From the IMG/VR virus record IMGVR_UViG_3300045988_141640, positions 1 to 64,000 of that record: a stretch of DNA of 64,000 nucleotides. One strand, given 5' to 3'. The position numbers and the translations under genes were made by a program. Shown here in pieces: positions 36,600-46,390 of this stretch (its first letter is position 1; the number at the start of each line of letters is the position of its first letter). The DNA is from a virus. The notes beneath the pieces were generated by a model that saw nothing but the letters and a program-made list of their open reading frames with translations, did not search any database and was not told where the DNA came from.

Positions 36600-37292
36600 A
36601 TGGGAACCGTAAGAAAAAAGAGTGAAAACGCATCAATAGATACGTTTTCGACATATAGTAATAACCTTTTAAATTTAGAAAATAGAATGGCACGAGTAAA
36701 TTTAGACACCAGCCCTGCTTACTTGAACGGGCAGTCGGCTGCTTTAACTTTTGATCCTATTGAAATTACCGATTCGACTCAATATTCATCATTTTTGAAT
36801 CCAAAAATCCTGCCTAATATTGAGTCTGGTACTACAGAATCCGCAGGAACGGACGCTGACACTTCTGAAACCAAGAATGAACAGGGTGCTACTGTGTTCC
36901 AGAACATCACACCTGGTACTATGGCATTCACGTTTACAGGTATGTCTACCTCTAAGGCTGCATTTGCATTCTTTACTACTGGTAATACAACTCCTGAATT
37001 GAATTTGGATTCTCTGACTGACACACAAGACGCTTTCGGAAAAGGTGCTACTCAAAAATTGAAAGCATTTGGGGCAAGTGCGTTTAAACAGTTTGTACGT
37101 CCTATCGGTATTATCAACGGTACTGGTGACCGTATGATCTTCTTCCCGAAGGCATCATGGGCTGTCAGCTTCACAGGTGCTCCAAGTAACGCAGGATACC
37201 TTGGATTCTCCGTTACAGTGACAGCATTGGAAGTTAACACTCGGTATTTGAAAACCATGATGGTTCTCGAACTTGACAATTCGGCTGAATGA
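36600..37292 (+). CDS. putative major tail (tube) protein
   Basis: Position upstream of the chaperone pair and tape measure; followed by a strong terminator; start taken at MGTVRKK. Confidence 0.45.
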   Translation: MGTVRKKSENASIDTFSTYSNNLLNLENRMARVNLDTSPAYLNGQSAALTFDPIEITDSTQYSSFLNPKILPNIESGTTESAGTDADTSETKNEQGATVFQNITPGTMAFTFTGMSTSKAAFAFFTTGNTTPELNLDSLTDTQDAFGKGATQKLKAFGASAFKQFVRPIGIINGTGDRMIFFPKASWAVSFTGAPSNAGYLGFSVTVTALEVNTRYLKTMMVLELDNSAE

Positions 37293-37315
37293 GGTATATG
37301 GGGTGATGAATTATT

Positions 37316-37347
37316 AGCCGGGCGTTTTGTCCGGCTTTTATTGTTTT
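37316..37347 (+). terminator. intrinsic terminator
   Basis: AGCCGGGC-GTTTT-GTCCGGCT stem-loop followed by TTTATTGTTTTTT. Confidence 0.7.
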
Positions 37348-37384
37348 TTAACTGATTGTGTTTGATTTTTGTTAACCTTTGTTG

Positions 37385-37392
37385 TATTTTTG
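37385..37392 (+). promoter_or_regulatory. -7 box TATTTTTG
   Basis: TAnnTTTG match 18 nt upstream of the ATG at 37410. Confidence 0.5.
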
Positions 37393-37409
37393 CTGTAAAA
37401 AATAACACC

Positions 37410-37922
37410 ATGACAGATAAAGAATTGTCTGATAAATTAAAGCAAAAGGCTATAAGTCTTGGAGCTTGCGAAAAAGGATTGAACGAATGGGGTAACCTAG
37501 ATAAATATGAATTATGCGAGATGTATATTAGATACATTGATTTCTGCCTGCTTAACAGATACCCGTCAAATGAAATAATCAAGAAGGAGTTTGCAGGATT
37601 TAGGGAGAAGTTTAATGTATTCGTTGATGATACAAACCTGTTCATAAGCAATCCTAAATGGTCTATATTTAATGGAGCTTGTGATTGTGTTGTCACCTAT
37701 AATGACTATGGTATAGGAGAAATGTATGTCAAGGATAACAGTCATGTAAATATTGTTGCACTTGATAATAGCATAGTATATATTACATTGCTTGATAACG
37801 CTAGTATTGAAATAATATCATCGGAATATACGAAAGTGTTCGTTTCTACAAATACACCTGAAAACATATCAAAAGTGGATGTAAAAGGTAAATTAACAGT
37901 AAAACCATTTAAGCTAGATTAA
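37410..37922 (+). CDS. hypothetical protein, 170 aa
   Basis: ORF track 37356-37922; start moved to MTDKELSD, downstream of the promoter box. Confidence 0.5.
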   Translation: MTDKELSDKLKQKAISLGACEKGLNEWGNLDKYELCEMYIRYIDFCLLNRYPSNEIIKKEFAGFREKFNVFVDDTNLFISNPKWSIFNGACDCVVTYNDYGIGEMYVKDNSHVNIVALDNSIVYITLLDNASIEIISSEYTKVFVSTNTPENISKVDVKGKLTVKPFKLD

Positions 37923-37928
37923 TAACAC

Positions 37929-38468
37929 ATGGGACTATTTAACTGGAAACAGCCTGATTTAGACGATCAGATAAAAATGCAGAAGTTTGCCACTCATAAA
38001 TATAAAGAAGTTATGGTTGGTAACAAGAAATTTAAAATACGCGGTCTTCGTTTGGGAGCATACGATTATATTGTGGATAAACTGCTGATTCGTGATATTA
38101 TCAATCCAGATACAGCAAAGAAAGAAATGATTGCAATAATGAAAAATGATGCGTCTATTCCATACAAAGTTGCTGCGGCAGGAGTATTGAACAACTATTG
38201 GTTTTTTGAAATCATTCCTTTTGCAAGACGTATATATGCTTGGTGGTTAAGCAGGCATTATGACCATAAGGAACTCACTCCGTTGATAGAAGCCATCGTG
38301 GAGGGGGCTAATGTAAGTGATTTTTTTACAAATACAATCCGTTTAGCGTTCTTGATAGATACGACAGCGACATTAAGCAAGAAGGATGCCATGAAATTAT
38401 CTCTCGATGCAAAATCGGCTCACGAGGATCTATCCAAAAAGATTTCCCCCAATTCAGAGGAGATTTAA
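37929..38468 (+). CDS. putative tail assembly chaperone (G-like)
   Basis: Position between the tube and tape-measure genes; contains a T7 slippery run at 38321-38327, where the -1 frame opens. Confidence 0.45.
   Translation: MGLFNWKQPDLDDQIKMQKFATHKYKEVMVGNKKFKIRGLRLGAYDYIVDKLLIRDIINPDTAKKEMIAIMKNDASIPYKVAAAGVLNNYWFFEIIPFARRIYAWWLSRHYDHKELTPLIEAIVEGANVSDFFTNTIRLAFLIDTTATLSKKDAMKLSLDAKSAHEDLSKKISPNSEEI
38321..38327 (+). promoter_or_regulatory. candidate -1 programmed frameshift slippery heptamer T TTT TTT
   Basis: Zero frame reads GAT TTT TTT ACA. The -1 frame has a TGA at 38318-38320 and is then open to 38728. Confidence 0.4.
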
Positions 38469-38482
38469 GGCTATTCGGAGGT

Positions 38483-38728
38483 TTGGTAGTAATTAAGGAT
38501 TGGGCTTTATTATGGAAATATTCATGGAGTTATATACAAGCTGTTATAATTGATCAACCTAAACTTGATTACCATTTTGAAGAAAAGATGAAGTTATACA
38601 AGGCTTCTCTTACAGATGATTTATACGAGAAAGCTAACATGAATGCAAGTGGTTTTATAGGTAGATTCAAAGAGTATAAACCTAAAGAAGAACATCCTGA
38701 TATATTATTAAAAGACGTTTTGCGATGA
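38483..38728 (+). CDS. -1 frame extension ORF (GT-like C-terminal part); unlikely to be independently initiated
   Basis: The track start is a TTG; no ATG in roughly the first 30 codons; the frame is -1 relative to 37929-38468 and open from 38321. Confidence 0.4.
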   Translation: MVVIKDWALLWKYSWSYIQAVIIDQPKLDYHFEEKMKLYKASLTDDLYEKANMNASGFIGRFKEYKPKEEHPDILLKDVLR

Positions 38729-39120
38729 TAACAAAATATGATCCTAAAATATATCCCCTTAAACTGTATGTTGCAGTGGGGGATGATCAATGGGGAAAAA
38801 TATATAGAAAATTCACCAAACTTAATCATGACCCGATAGATACATCCAAAGATGAAATTAAGAGCTGTAATGGCATGACTATTTTTGTAAGGGAAAAAAG
38901 TACAAACCATTTAGGTGTACTTATTTGTTTATCCAACGATGGTATAGGGGTGAGAACTGTTGCTCATGAATCTGTTCATTATGTTTGTAATGTATTTGGG
39001 TATTGTGATATTTCTATGGGATATGAAAATGGGCAGGATGAGCACTTTGCATACCTTTTAGGTTGGTGTGTTGAATGCGTAATGGATAGTGTTGCGAAAT
39101 ATTTAAAAAAAAAGCATTAA
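38725..39120 (+). CDS. small HExxH-motif protein, putative metallopeptidase, 131 aa
   Basis: VAHESVHYV motif with a downstream acidic DEHFAY; ATGA overlap with the preceding ORF. Confidence 0.45.
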   Translation: MITKYDPKIYPLKLYVAVGDDQWGKIYRKFTKLNHDPIDTSKDEIKSCNGMTIFVREKSTNHLGVLICLSNDGIGVRTVAHESVHYVCNVFGYCDISMGYENGQDEHFAYLLGWCVECVMDSVAKYLKKKH

Positions 39121-39159
39121 GGGACAAATTGACACAGATAAATAAAATAAGTCCGAAAG

Positions 39160-39642
39160 TTACACGAACTTTCGGACTATTTTGTAACCTGAAAACAATA
39201 TGAAACCGATACCTATGTATCCAAGACTTATCAGTATTTTTTGCCATTTTGACAATTCCTTTTCCACCTCTACTTCTACTTCTACAATTTTTTCTACGGT
39301 TATTATCGAATCTTTTGTTACCACCGTTTCTTTTTCCAAAGATGGAATACTGTCTTGTAAAAAGTTCGTCTTGTTCTTTAAACTATGAAAAAGTCTACCA
39401 TCTGCCATTATTTTAGCGTCTGATATGGCTAATGATGTTTCAAGATGTGAACTGTCTTCAAACGTTACTTGTTGTGTATGCTCTACAGGAAGGGTGATTA
39501 TTTTTGATTGCCATACTATTCTTTCTGTCACTGTCGTGTTGTGGTCTACTATAGTTGTATTTGTCGAAGAGGGAAGTAGCTTGCGTGAGCAAGAACACGA
39601 CAGTAACAAAAAAAATAGCAATATAGAAAACGGCTTATTCAT
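39160..39642 (-). CDS. lipoprotein with C-terminal transmembrane anchor (unimolecular-spanin-like architecture)
   Basis: Signal peptide plus lipobox FFLLLSCSCS; C-terminal TM ILISLGYIGIGFILFSGY; the only minus-strand gene in the tail module. Confidence 0.6.
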   Translation of the reverse strand: MNKPFSILLFFLLLSCSCSRKLLPSSTNTTIVDHNTTVTERIVWQSKIITLPVEHTQQVTFEDSSHLETSLAISDAKIMADGRLFHSLKNKTNFLQDSIPSLEKETVVTKDSIITVEKIVEVEVEVEKELSKWQKILISLGYIGIGFILFSGYKIVRKFV

Positions 39643-39933
39643 AAATTTACTAGTATTCGCTTTTCAATTATATTGTTTTTCCACAGGTAATTATATACGT
39701 TTATACACGTACATATTGACGTTTCACCGTCCCGACTACTGTCGACCACTCCACGTCCCCAACCCCTTCTACCAAGGGTGATACTAATTTAGTTTAATAG
39801 TATTTAATTAGTTATAAATGCCATAATACATTTATCTTTTTGCAAAGATAACATAATCGTTTTTATCCACAATTTTTAATATGTTAAAAAATACTAATGG
39901 GTTTTTGTTTGTTGTAAATCATGCTCTTGTGCT

Positions 39934-39950
39934 TATTTTTGCTATTTTTG
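39934..39950 (+). promoter_or_regulatory. two -7 boxes TATTTTTG (39934-39941, 39943-39950)
   Basis: TAnnTTTG matches upstream of the tape-measure ATG at 39973. Confidence 0.45.
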
Positions 39951-39972
39951 CAATAATTAAAAAACAATAACT

Positions 39973-42900
39973 ATGGCTGATGTTGATTTAGGAGCATTAA
40001 AGTTTAAGATTGGGCTAGATGATTCCGGTCTTGACAAACAGATAAAGGATATACAGAAGAAGTTGCAGGACACCTTTAACCAGGAGATGTCCTTCAAGCC
40101 TATGTTGACCGATATAGGCAAAATGAATGACGAACTTAGCGAGGTTGTAGATAAGATAAACAAAGCGAATGAAAACGCGTCCAAGGTAGGGAAAGGTAAG
40201 TCAAACAAGAAAATGGATATACTTGTTCAGATGGAAGAGTTGTCAAACAAGATTGTCGAAGCGACAAGGGAGTATGACAAGCTGGAAAAGACTTACCGTA
40301 ACCTAGGCAATGCAGGCGGAGATAAGGGGATGGCTACAAGAAAAGCCAATCTTGAAAGTCAGAAGAAAGCGATAGATGATCTTGTGGCTGAATTGAACAG
40401 ATTGAAAACGGCATATTCCCTTACTGCTAACAGTGCGCCCAAATTGTCCATTTCCGATGAGAGAGAACTTAATCTTCTACGCCAGCAATACGAGATGGAG
40501 ATTGCACGGACAAAGGAGATGGATAGACAAGCATCAAAGCAGGAACAGGCGAATAAGAAGATGCAGCAGACCAATCAGAAGTATCTACAATACCTTTCTG
40601 GTCAGTCTGGACTTGCCCTTGGTATGCCAGAGGGAAGTGCTGAGGACTTGAACAGGAAGATTGCCGCTATACAGAAACGCCTTGAACTATTGAATAAATT
40701 TAAGGTTGAAGTTCCTTTAAACAGCAATCAGATAACAAAGGCTGACGCTCTTATTCAGAAATTGCAAGGCAGATTGGAGAAGTTGCAATCATCTTTAAGA
40801 AAAACATCAACGAATGAATTGTTGAGCATCAATCCTACGTCTATCAATCAGGCTAACAATCTTATTTCTGAATTAACGAACAGGCGTAATGCGCTTAATA
40901 CGACTGACGCAAACTATAACCGTACCCTTACTCTTCTCAACAGGAAGATACAGGAACACAACAAGTTTGTAAACGAAGCTACATCCTATGGAACAAAGAT
41001 GCAGCAGACCAATCAGAAAAATGCCGCAAGTTCAAAGGAATTTACCGAGGAACTGACAAAGCAGAGCAGAATGATGCGTGAGTTTGTCAATACGATAAAG
41101 ACTTATGCCGGATTCTACTTTTTCAGAGATATGTTTCAGGAACTTGTTTCCATTCGTGGGGAGTTCGAGCTGCAACAGGTATCTTTACGTGCCATTATAC
41201 AGGATGCAAGACGGGCTGACCAGATATTCAGTCAGATTAAGGGGCTTGCTGTAATATCTCCTTTCCAGTTCAGTGATTTGGTTGGATATACCAAACAGCT
41301 TGCAGCATTCCAGATACCTGTCAATGAATTGTACGGTACAATGAAAAGCCTTGCGGACGTTTCCGCAGGTCTTGGTGTTGATATGGGGCGTATTATTCTA
41401 GCTTATGGACAGATAAGAAGCGCAGGTGTGTTAAGGGGACAGGAATTACGTCAGTTGACAGAAGCTGGTATTCCTGCATTGGACGCATTAAGAAAAAAAC
41501 TGGAAGAAGTAAGAGGCGTGGCTCAAACTACTGATGATGTGTTCAACGCCATATCAACACGTCAGATTCCTTTCGAGTATATTCGGGAGATGTTTACCAC
41601 AATGACGGAAGATGGTGGTATGTTCTACAAGATGCAGGAAATACAAGCTGCATCTTTGAAAGGTATGGTAAGTAACCTTGCCGATTCATACAAGATTATG
41701 ATGAATGACATAGGCGAGGCGAATGATTCCGTTCTGAAAGGAATTGTTGGAAGCATAACCGATGCGATGAACAACTGGAGATATTTCTCCAAAGCAATAG
41801 AGGGTGTTGCTGTAGGATATGCCGCATTGAAAGGATTGCAGTTGGCTAGAACAGCCATGCTAGGAAAAGAAGTTGTCGCAACAACTAATGCTATTAAGGC
41901 TGAGAAATTACGGGAAGCCCAGTTGCTTAAACAGGCTGCAATGTACAGAACGCTCACTACTGCCGAGAGGTGGAAGATAGCGACAGCGTCAAAACTGTCT
42001 GCCGTAGAGATAGTTGCTGCCGTTAATTCGGGAAAGATGTCGGCAGAGATGGCTAAACGTATTCTTGCCACCAATATGTTGACACAGGCTGAACGTCACC
42101 TTCTTGTCACCGAACTAAAACTGACAGGTGCGGAAGCTGCAAGAATGTTGTCTATGACAAAAACGACAATGTTGATGAATAGATTTAAACTGGCAACATT
42201 CGGTTTGACAAATTCATTGAAAACATTGTGGCTTACGATAAAGGCTAATCCTCTTATGACAATACTTACCGTTGCAGGGCTTGTAGCGGAAGCGTTTCAT
42301 ATTATGTCTGCACGTTCGGAAGAGTTCAATCAGAAGATAAAGGACAGTGCAAAGTCTTTCCGCGAATCATACAGTGACTTGCAAAAAGACCTTGACAAGA
42401 TAAACTTCGACAAACTCACCCCGGAAAACCTTGAACAGCTTGATACGAAACAGTTGCAGTCGTATGAGGAAACACTGACTGGAATATTGTCTAAATATGG
42501 CAATATGGGGCAGTATATAATACAGAACAGCAAGAAGATAGATGATCAGAAATCACGTGTGGAATATTTGCAAAAGTCAGCATCGGAACTAGAGCAAGTT
42601 TATAAACGTGCTGCCGAAAATGCGGATATATTGTTCAAGGCAGACAAGGCAACATCTACAGGCGTATTTGGTGATTCATTCTCCGATATGCTTAAAGATT
42701 ATGAGAAATCGTCTGTAAAACTAACTTCGGCAAGTAAGGATATAGAAGAGTTTCGTGGGCAGATAGTACAGGCATCCAAGGAAATTATAAATATGGGTAA
42801 GGGTACTAAGGAATGGAGAAACGAACTTACCGAACTGATAAACAAAGGGGCTTCGGCAGCTACTATTGTCGAGAAGATACGTTCTTTGGCTGAAACGTCA

Positions 42901-45900
42901 GGGGATGCGAGAACATTTGAAATATTCAAGAACAAAACCCATTTTGATAGTGAGGAATTGTTGAAGGAATATGAGAAGTTGAGGATGGGTATAATGGGTG
43001 AAACTGAAGAACTTGAAAAATCATTTAATGTTTTTGCAAACAGCCTTGATAAAGAATTGAAAAAAGTATTTGCTGGTATTGACCCAAATAAATTAAATGA
43101 TGCTCAAAAGGACTTTATAAGGATTCAATCTGAAAATTTTGCCACAACTAGCGAACTTGGGGAGAATGCTAAAAAATTGTTTAATGAATTTATTGACAAA
43201 AAATATGCTGTTAAAATAGAACTTGACGATAAGGAAGCACAAGAAGGATTGACGGGATGGAAAAAATCTCTTGACGAAATTACAGGGCATAAATGGACTA
43301 TTGCTATAAAGGCTGCCGATGTGAAATCTATGGAGGATTACTTTAAATCGGTAAAACAGGAATATAAGGACGCCAAAAGTTCAATAGAAAATTTACAGCG
43401 TACCATTGATATGTATGTTAGCCAAGGAAAGGTTAAGAAACTTGGAGATGAGTATCAAATTACAGGCATTGTAAGCCCTTATGAAGCCGAGCAAGTACAA
43501 CAGACGGTATATGAGATTAACGCTGCCAATGAAGCGATGTCGAAAGCTACAGGAACAGCAAAACAATTTAATCTTGAACTAGAAAAACAGAAGAAGGAAG
43601 CACAAAAAAGAGATCCTCTTGCTGACCTTTGGAAAAACAGGTTGTCATTGCTTGAATCCGCCTATTCCAAGTTCAAGGATTTGAGCATTAACATAGGAAA
43701 AGAGGAAGCTAAAAAGCAGATTGAAGCCATATATGGTTCACAGGCGTTAAAACTTGGTGTAGACCTTGTATATGACAAACAGGCTATTGTTGACAATTAT
43801 AACAAGGCAGCAAAGGAATTGGAAACACGAGTTCCACAGGATGCTGTTAAAAATGCAAGGAAAGCAGCCGAATTGTCCTCTGAAATTTATGTTAATGCAG
43901 CCAAGAATGTAATGAAAAGAATTACGGATGAGTTTGACAGATACAGGAACAAGTATGACTTTTACAGTGACATACTTGGGATAACGGGTGATTCCGAACT
44001 TGCCTTAGACCTTGCGGTTCAGTTTAGTGGTGACACATCCACTATGGCTGAAAGTTTTGCGGCAGGTATATATAATAATCTGCAATCCGCATTGGCAGGA
44101 ATGAATCTTGACCTTGGCGTTTCTGTTGTGCCCGACACCTCTTCATTTACCTCAATGAACCAGTATATCAATCAGATACAGGAGGCAATTAAGGGGAATA
44201 AGAATATCGGAGAAGATCAGAAAGAGGTTATACAAGGAATGATTGACGCATGGAAAGGCTACTTTGGTGAGATGGCAAAGCAATATGCTAATGACCTTGA
44301 AAAATACGGTGACTACTATACTCAGGTTGATATCATCAGAGAGAAGTACCGTAAAAAGATTGAAGGAGCAAAGGGGATGGAAAACGCATCCTTAATTTCC
44401 GCATTGCAGAAAAGCGAAGAGATGGACTTGTTCAAGCTGACCACAGACTATCAGAACTTCTTCGGTGCTGTTGAAGCGATGTCTATGGAAGCTGCAAATA
44501 CCGTTGCCGACAAGGTAAGGGAAATGCTCAACAGTGCATTTAGATCTGGTGCTATCAGCGCAAAGGAATACATGAAAGAACTTGAACGCGTGGACAAGCA
44601 GATAGAGAAGATGATGAAGAACAACCAGTCTGACTTTCAGACGTACATGAAGGAAGGTCTTGACGGTCTGTACAACAAGCGTTATGATGCAGGAAAGTCA
44701 AAGATGATGGCAGGCATGAATGATATGCAACAGGCTATGGCTGACATAGAAAATGCTTCCAAGGCATACGAGGACGCGATGAAGAACGGTGATGAAGAAG
44801 CTGCCAATGCCGCTTTGAGTGCCAAGTCGGAAGCCGAATCAAGATACAAGAGCGGACAGGAAGCTGTCAAGACTGGTAAAGGAATGATGGCTGCCGCACA
44901 AAACGCTTTGCAGACGGTAAATCTTATCGACTTTATCATAACCAACATATACAATGCCATAAGGGCTATACAGCAGATAATTTCATCCGTGTCCAACCTT
45001 ATGGATTCTATGGGTAAGGATACCGATAGCGGTTTCATGCGTGAGATGAACCAGTTCTCGGAAGTTATGGGTGTTATGAATGAGGGTGTGAAGAAATCAT
45101 GGGATTCATTCAAAAGTGGTGATTTATTTGGTGCTATAGGGTCAGCTATATCAATGCCACTTGACGTTATCGCAACGTTTAACAGGCAACATGACAAAAG
45201 GCTTCAAAAGCATATAGAAAACTTACAGTTTGAAGCTAAAAAACTGACCAATATCTATAATATGCTCGAAAAAGAATTTGATCACATTATAGACCCGGAA
45301 AGACTTGATGAGGTGACATCCCAACAGGTATCCAACCTAAAAGAACAGTTGCAGATTCAAAAGGATATTCTTGCTTCCGAACAAAAAAAGAAAGATCCTG
45401 ACAGGGAAAAAGTAGAAGAATACAAACAGACCATAAAGGAATTAGAGTACGAAATAAGATATTATTCAGAAACACTTGCAAGTGAATTGTACAGCATTGA
45501 CTTGAAAGGCTGGGCTAGTCAGATAGGTGACGCTCTTGTCGAAGCATGGCTGAAAGGGGAAGATGCTGCAAAGGCTTATAAGGACACTGTGGCAGACGTT
45601 ATGAGAGATGTTGTTAAGAGTTGGGTACAGCAACAATACATAGAAAAGGCAATGCAACAGGTACAGACCACATTGTTCGGAGCAGACGGCAAAGGTGGTA
45701 TGTTTGCGGATAACAAGATAGATAAGGATGAACTTATAATACTAGGAAATGTAATGGGTTCATTGGAATCAGCCTTTGCGGAAGCCGGAGGTGTAGTCAA
45801 TGAGATAAACAACGCCCTTGGTGGTATGCTTACTGAAACGGAGGAAAATGCGGAAGGTCTGTCCAATGCCATTGCAGGAGTTGACGAGAATACATTTAAT

Positions 45901-46152
45901 CAAGCGTTGGGGTATCTTAACGGGATGAGATACGAAATGGTTGTACAAAGCGATCTTCTCCGTCAGTTGGTATCGTTAAACGGTGGTTCGGCAGGAACGG
46001 GAGGAACGAACATGACAGCCATACAGCAGTCACAGCTTGAAGTTCTCACCCAGCAGCTTGCCGCAACTATGGCGATAAAGACAGCACTCCTAAGTGTCGT
46101 TTCCATTGCCCCAAGGTCAGGCGGAAATGCGATAAAAGTTATAATTGACTAA
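39973..46152 (+). CDS. tail tape measure protein, 2059 aa
   Basis: Very long Ala/Lys/Glu/Gln-rich coiled-coil protein with central hydrophobic segments, in the canonical position after the chaperone genes. Confidence 0.85.
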   Translation: MADVDLGALKFKIGLDDSGLDKQIKDIQKKLQDTFNQEMSFKPMLTDIGKMNDELSEVVDKINKANENASKVGKGKSNKKMDILVQMEELSNKIVEATREYDKLEKTYRNLGNAGGDKGMATRKANLESQKKAIDDLVAELNRLKTAYSLTANSAPKLSISDERELNLLRQQYEMEIARTKEMDRQASKQEQANKKMQQTNQKYLQYLSGQSGLALGMPEGSAEDLNRKIAAIQKRLELLNKFKVEVPLNSNQITKADALIQKLQGRLEKLQSSLRKTSTNELLSINPTSINQANNLISELTNRRNALNTTDANYNRTLTLLNRKIQEHNKFVNEATSYGTKMQQTNQKNAASSKEFTEELTKQSRMMREFVNTIKTYAGFYFFRDMFQELVSIRGEFELQQVSLRAIIQDARRADQIFSQIKGLAVISPFQFSDLVGYTKQLAAFQIPVNELYGTMKSLADVSAGLGVDMGRIILAYGQIRSAGVLRGQELRQLTEAGIPALDALRKKLEEVRGVAQTTDDVFNAISTRQIPFEYIREMFTTMTEDGGMFYKMQEIQAASLKGMVSNLADSYKIMMNDIGEANDSVLKGIVGSITDAMNNWRYFSKAIEGVAVGYAALKGLQLARTAMLGKEVVATTNAIKAEKLREAQLLKQAAMYRTLTTAERWKIATASKLSAVEIVAAVNSGKMSAEMAKRILATNMLTQAERHLLVTELKLTGAEAARMLSMTKTTMLMNRFKLATFGLTNSLKTLWLTIKANPLMTILTVAGLVAEAFHIMSARSEEFNQKIKDSAKSFRESYSDLQKDLDKINFDKLTPENLEQLDTKQLQSYEETLTGILSKYGNMGQYIIQNSKKIDDQKSRVEYLQKSASELEQVYKRAAENADILFKADKATSTGVFGDSFSDMLKDYEKSSVKLTSASKDIEEFRGQIVQASKEIINMGKGTKEWRNELTELINKGASAATIVEKIRSLAETSGDARTFEIFKNKTHFDSEELLKEYEKLRMGIMGETEELEKSFNVFANSLDKELKKVFAGIDPNKLNDAQKDFIRIQSENFATTSELGENAKKLFNEFIDKKYAVKIELDDKEAQEGLTGWKKSLDEITGHKWTIAIKAADVKSMEDYFKSVKQEYKDAKSSIENLQRTIDMYVSQGKVKKLGDEYQITGIVSPYEAEQVQQTVYEINAANEAMSKATGTAKQFNLELEKQKKEAQKRDPLADLWKNRLSLLESAYSKFKDLSINIGKEEAKKQIEAIYGSQALKLGVDLVYDKQAIVDNYNKAAKELETRVPQDAVKNARKAAELSSEIYVNAAKNVMKRITDEFDRYRNKYDFYSDILGITGDSELALDLAVQFSGDTSTMAESFAAGIYNNLQSALAGMNLDLGVSVVPDTSSFTSMNQYINQIQEAIKGNKNIGEDQKEVIQGMIDAWKGYFGEMAKQYANDLEKYGDYYTQVDIIREKYRKKIEGAKGMENASLISALQKSEEMDLFKLTTDYQNFFGAVEAMSMEAANTVADKVREMLNSAFRSGAISAKEYMKELERVDKQIEKMMKNNQSDFQTYMKEGLDGLYNKRYDAGKSKMMAGMNDMQQAMADIENASKAYEDAMKNGDEEAANAALSAKSEAESRYKSGQEAVKTGKGMMAAAQNALQTVNLIDFIITNIYNAIRAIQQIISSVSNLMDSMGKDTDSGFMREMNQFSEVMGVMNEGVKKSWDSFKSGDLFGAIGSAISMPLDVIATFNRQHDKRLQKHIENLQFEAKKLTNIYNMLEKEFDHIIDPERLDEVTSQQVSNLKEQLQIQKDILASEQKKKDPDREKVEEYKQTIKELEYEIRYYSETLASELYSIDLKGWASQIGDALVEAWLKGEDAAKAYKDTVADVMRDVVKSWVQQQYIEKAMQQVQTTLFGADGKGGMFADNKIDKDELIILGNVMGSLESAFAEAGGVVNEINNALGGMLTETEENAEGLSNAIAGVDENTFNQALGYLNGMRYEMVVQSDLLRQLVSLNGGSAGTGGTNMTAIQQSQLEVLTQQLAATMAIKTALLSVVSIAPRSGGNAIKVIID

Positions 46153-46156
46153 AACA

Positions 46157-46190
46157 AACGCCCTGCTAGCTTCACAGTTGGCAGGGCGTT
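46157..46190. terminator. hairpin between the convergent tape-measure gene and tRNA
   Basis: AACGCCCTGC (46157-66) pairs with GCAGGGCGTT (46181-90). Confidence 0.5.
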
Positions 46191-46225
46191 CCAGTTTGAT
46201 TATGAACAAAAAATCCAATCACTTG

Positions 46226-46297
46226 AGGTGCTTAGCGGAATCGAACCGCTGTTGTCGGTTTTGCAGACCGTTGACTAAACCACTCATCCAAAGCACC
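46226..46297 (-). tRNA. tRNA-Cys: tRNA-Cys (anticodon GCA)
   Basis: Hand fold of the reverse complement: acceptor GGTGCTT/AAGCACC, T arm AGCGG-TTCGATT-CCGCT, anticodon loop CTGCAAA, D loop with GG. A -7 box TATATTTG lies at 46308-46315 on the same strand. Confidence 0.8.
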
Positions 46298-46351
46298 AAT
46301 TTTTATGCAAATATAGAAAAATAATTTTTAAATTTACATAAACTTTAAAAC

Positions 46352-46368
46352 TATTTTTGCTATCTTTG
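46352..46368 (+). promoter_or_regulatory. -7 boxes TATTTTTG (46352-59) and TATCTTTG (46361-68)
   Basis: TAnnTTTG matches upstream of the ATG at 46391. Confidence 0.45.
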
Positions 46369-46390
46369 CACTAATAAACAATGTACACGA

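Noticed and set aside
37052-37696. 214-aa minus-strand ORF
   Set aside because: It runs antisense through the tail-tube gene, its terminator and the next promoter, and it is not protein-like.
41625-45872. Multiple antisense ORFs inside the tape-measure gene
   Set aside because: They are shadows of the highly biased tape-measure coding sequence.
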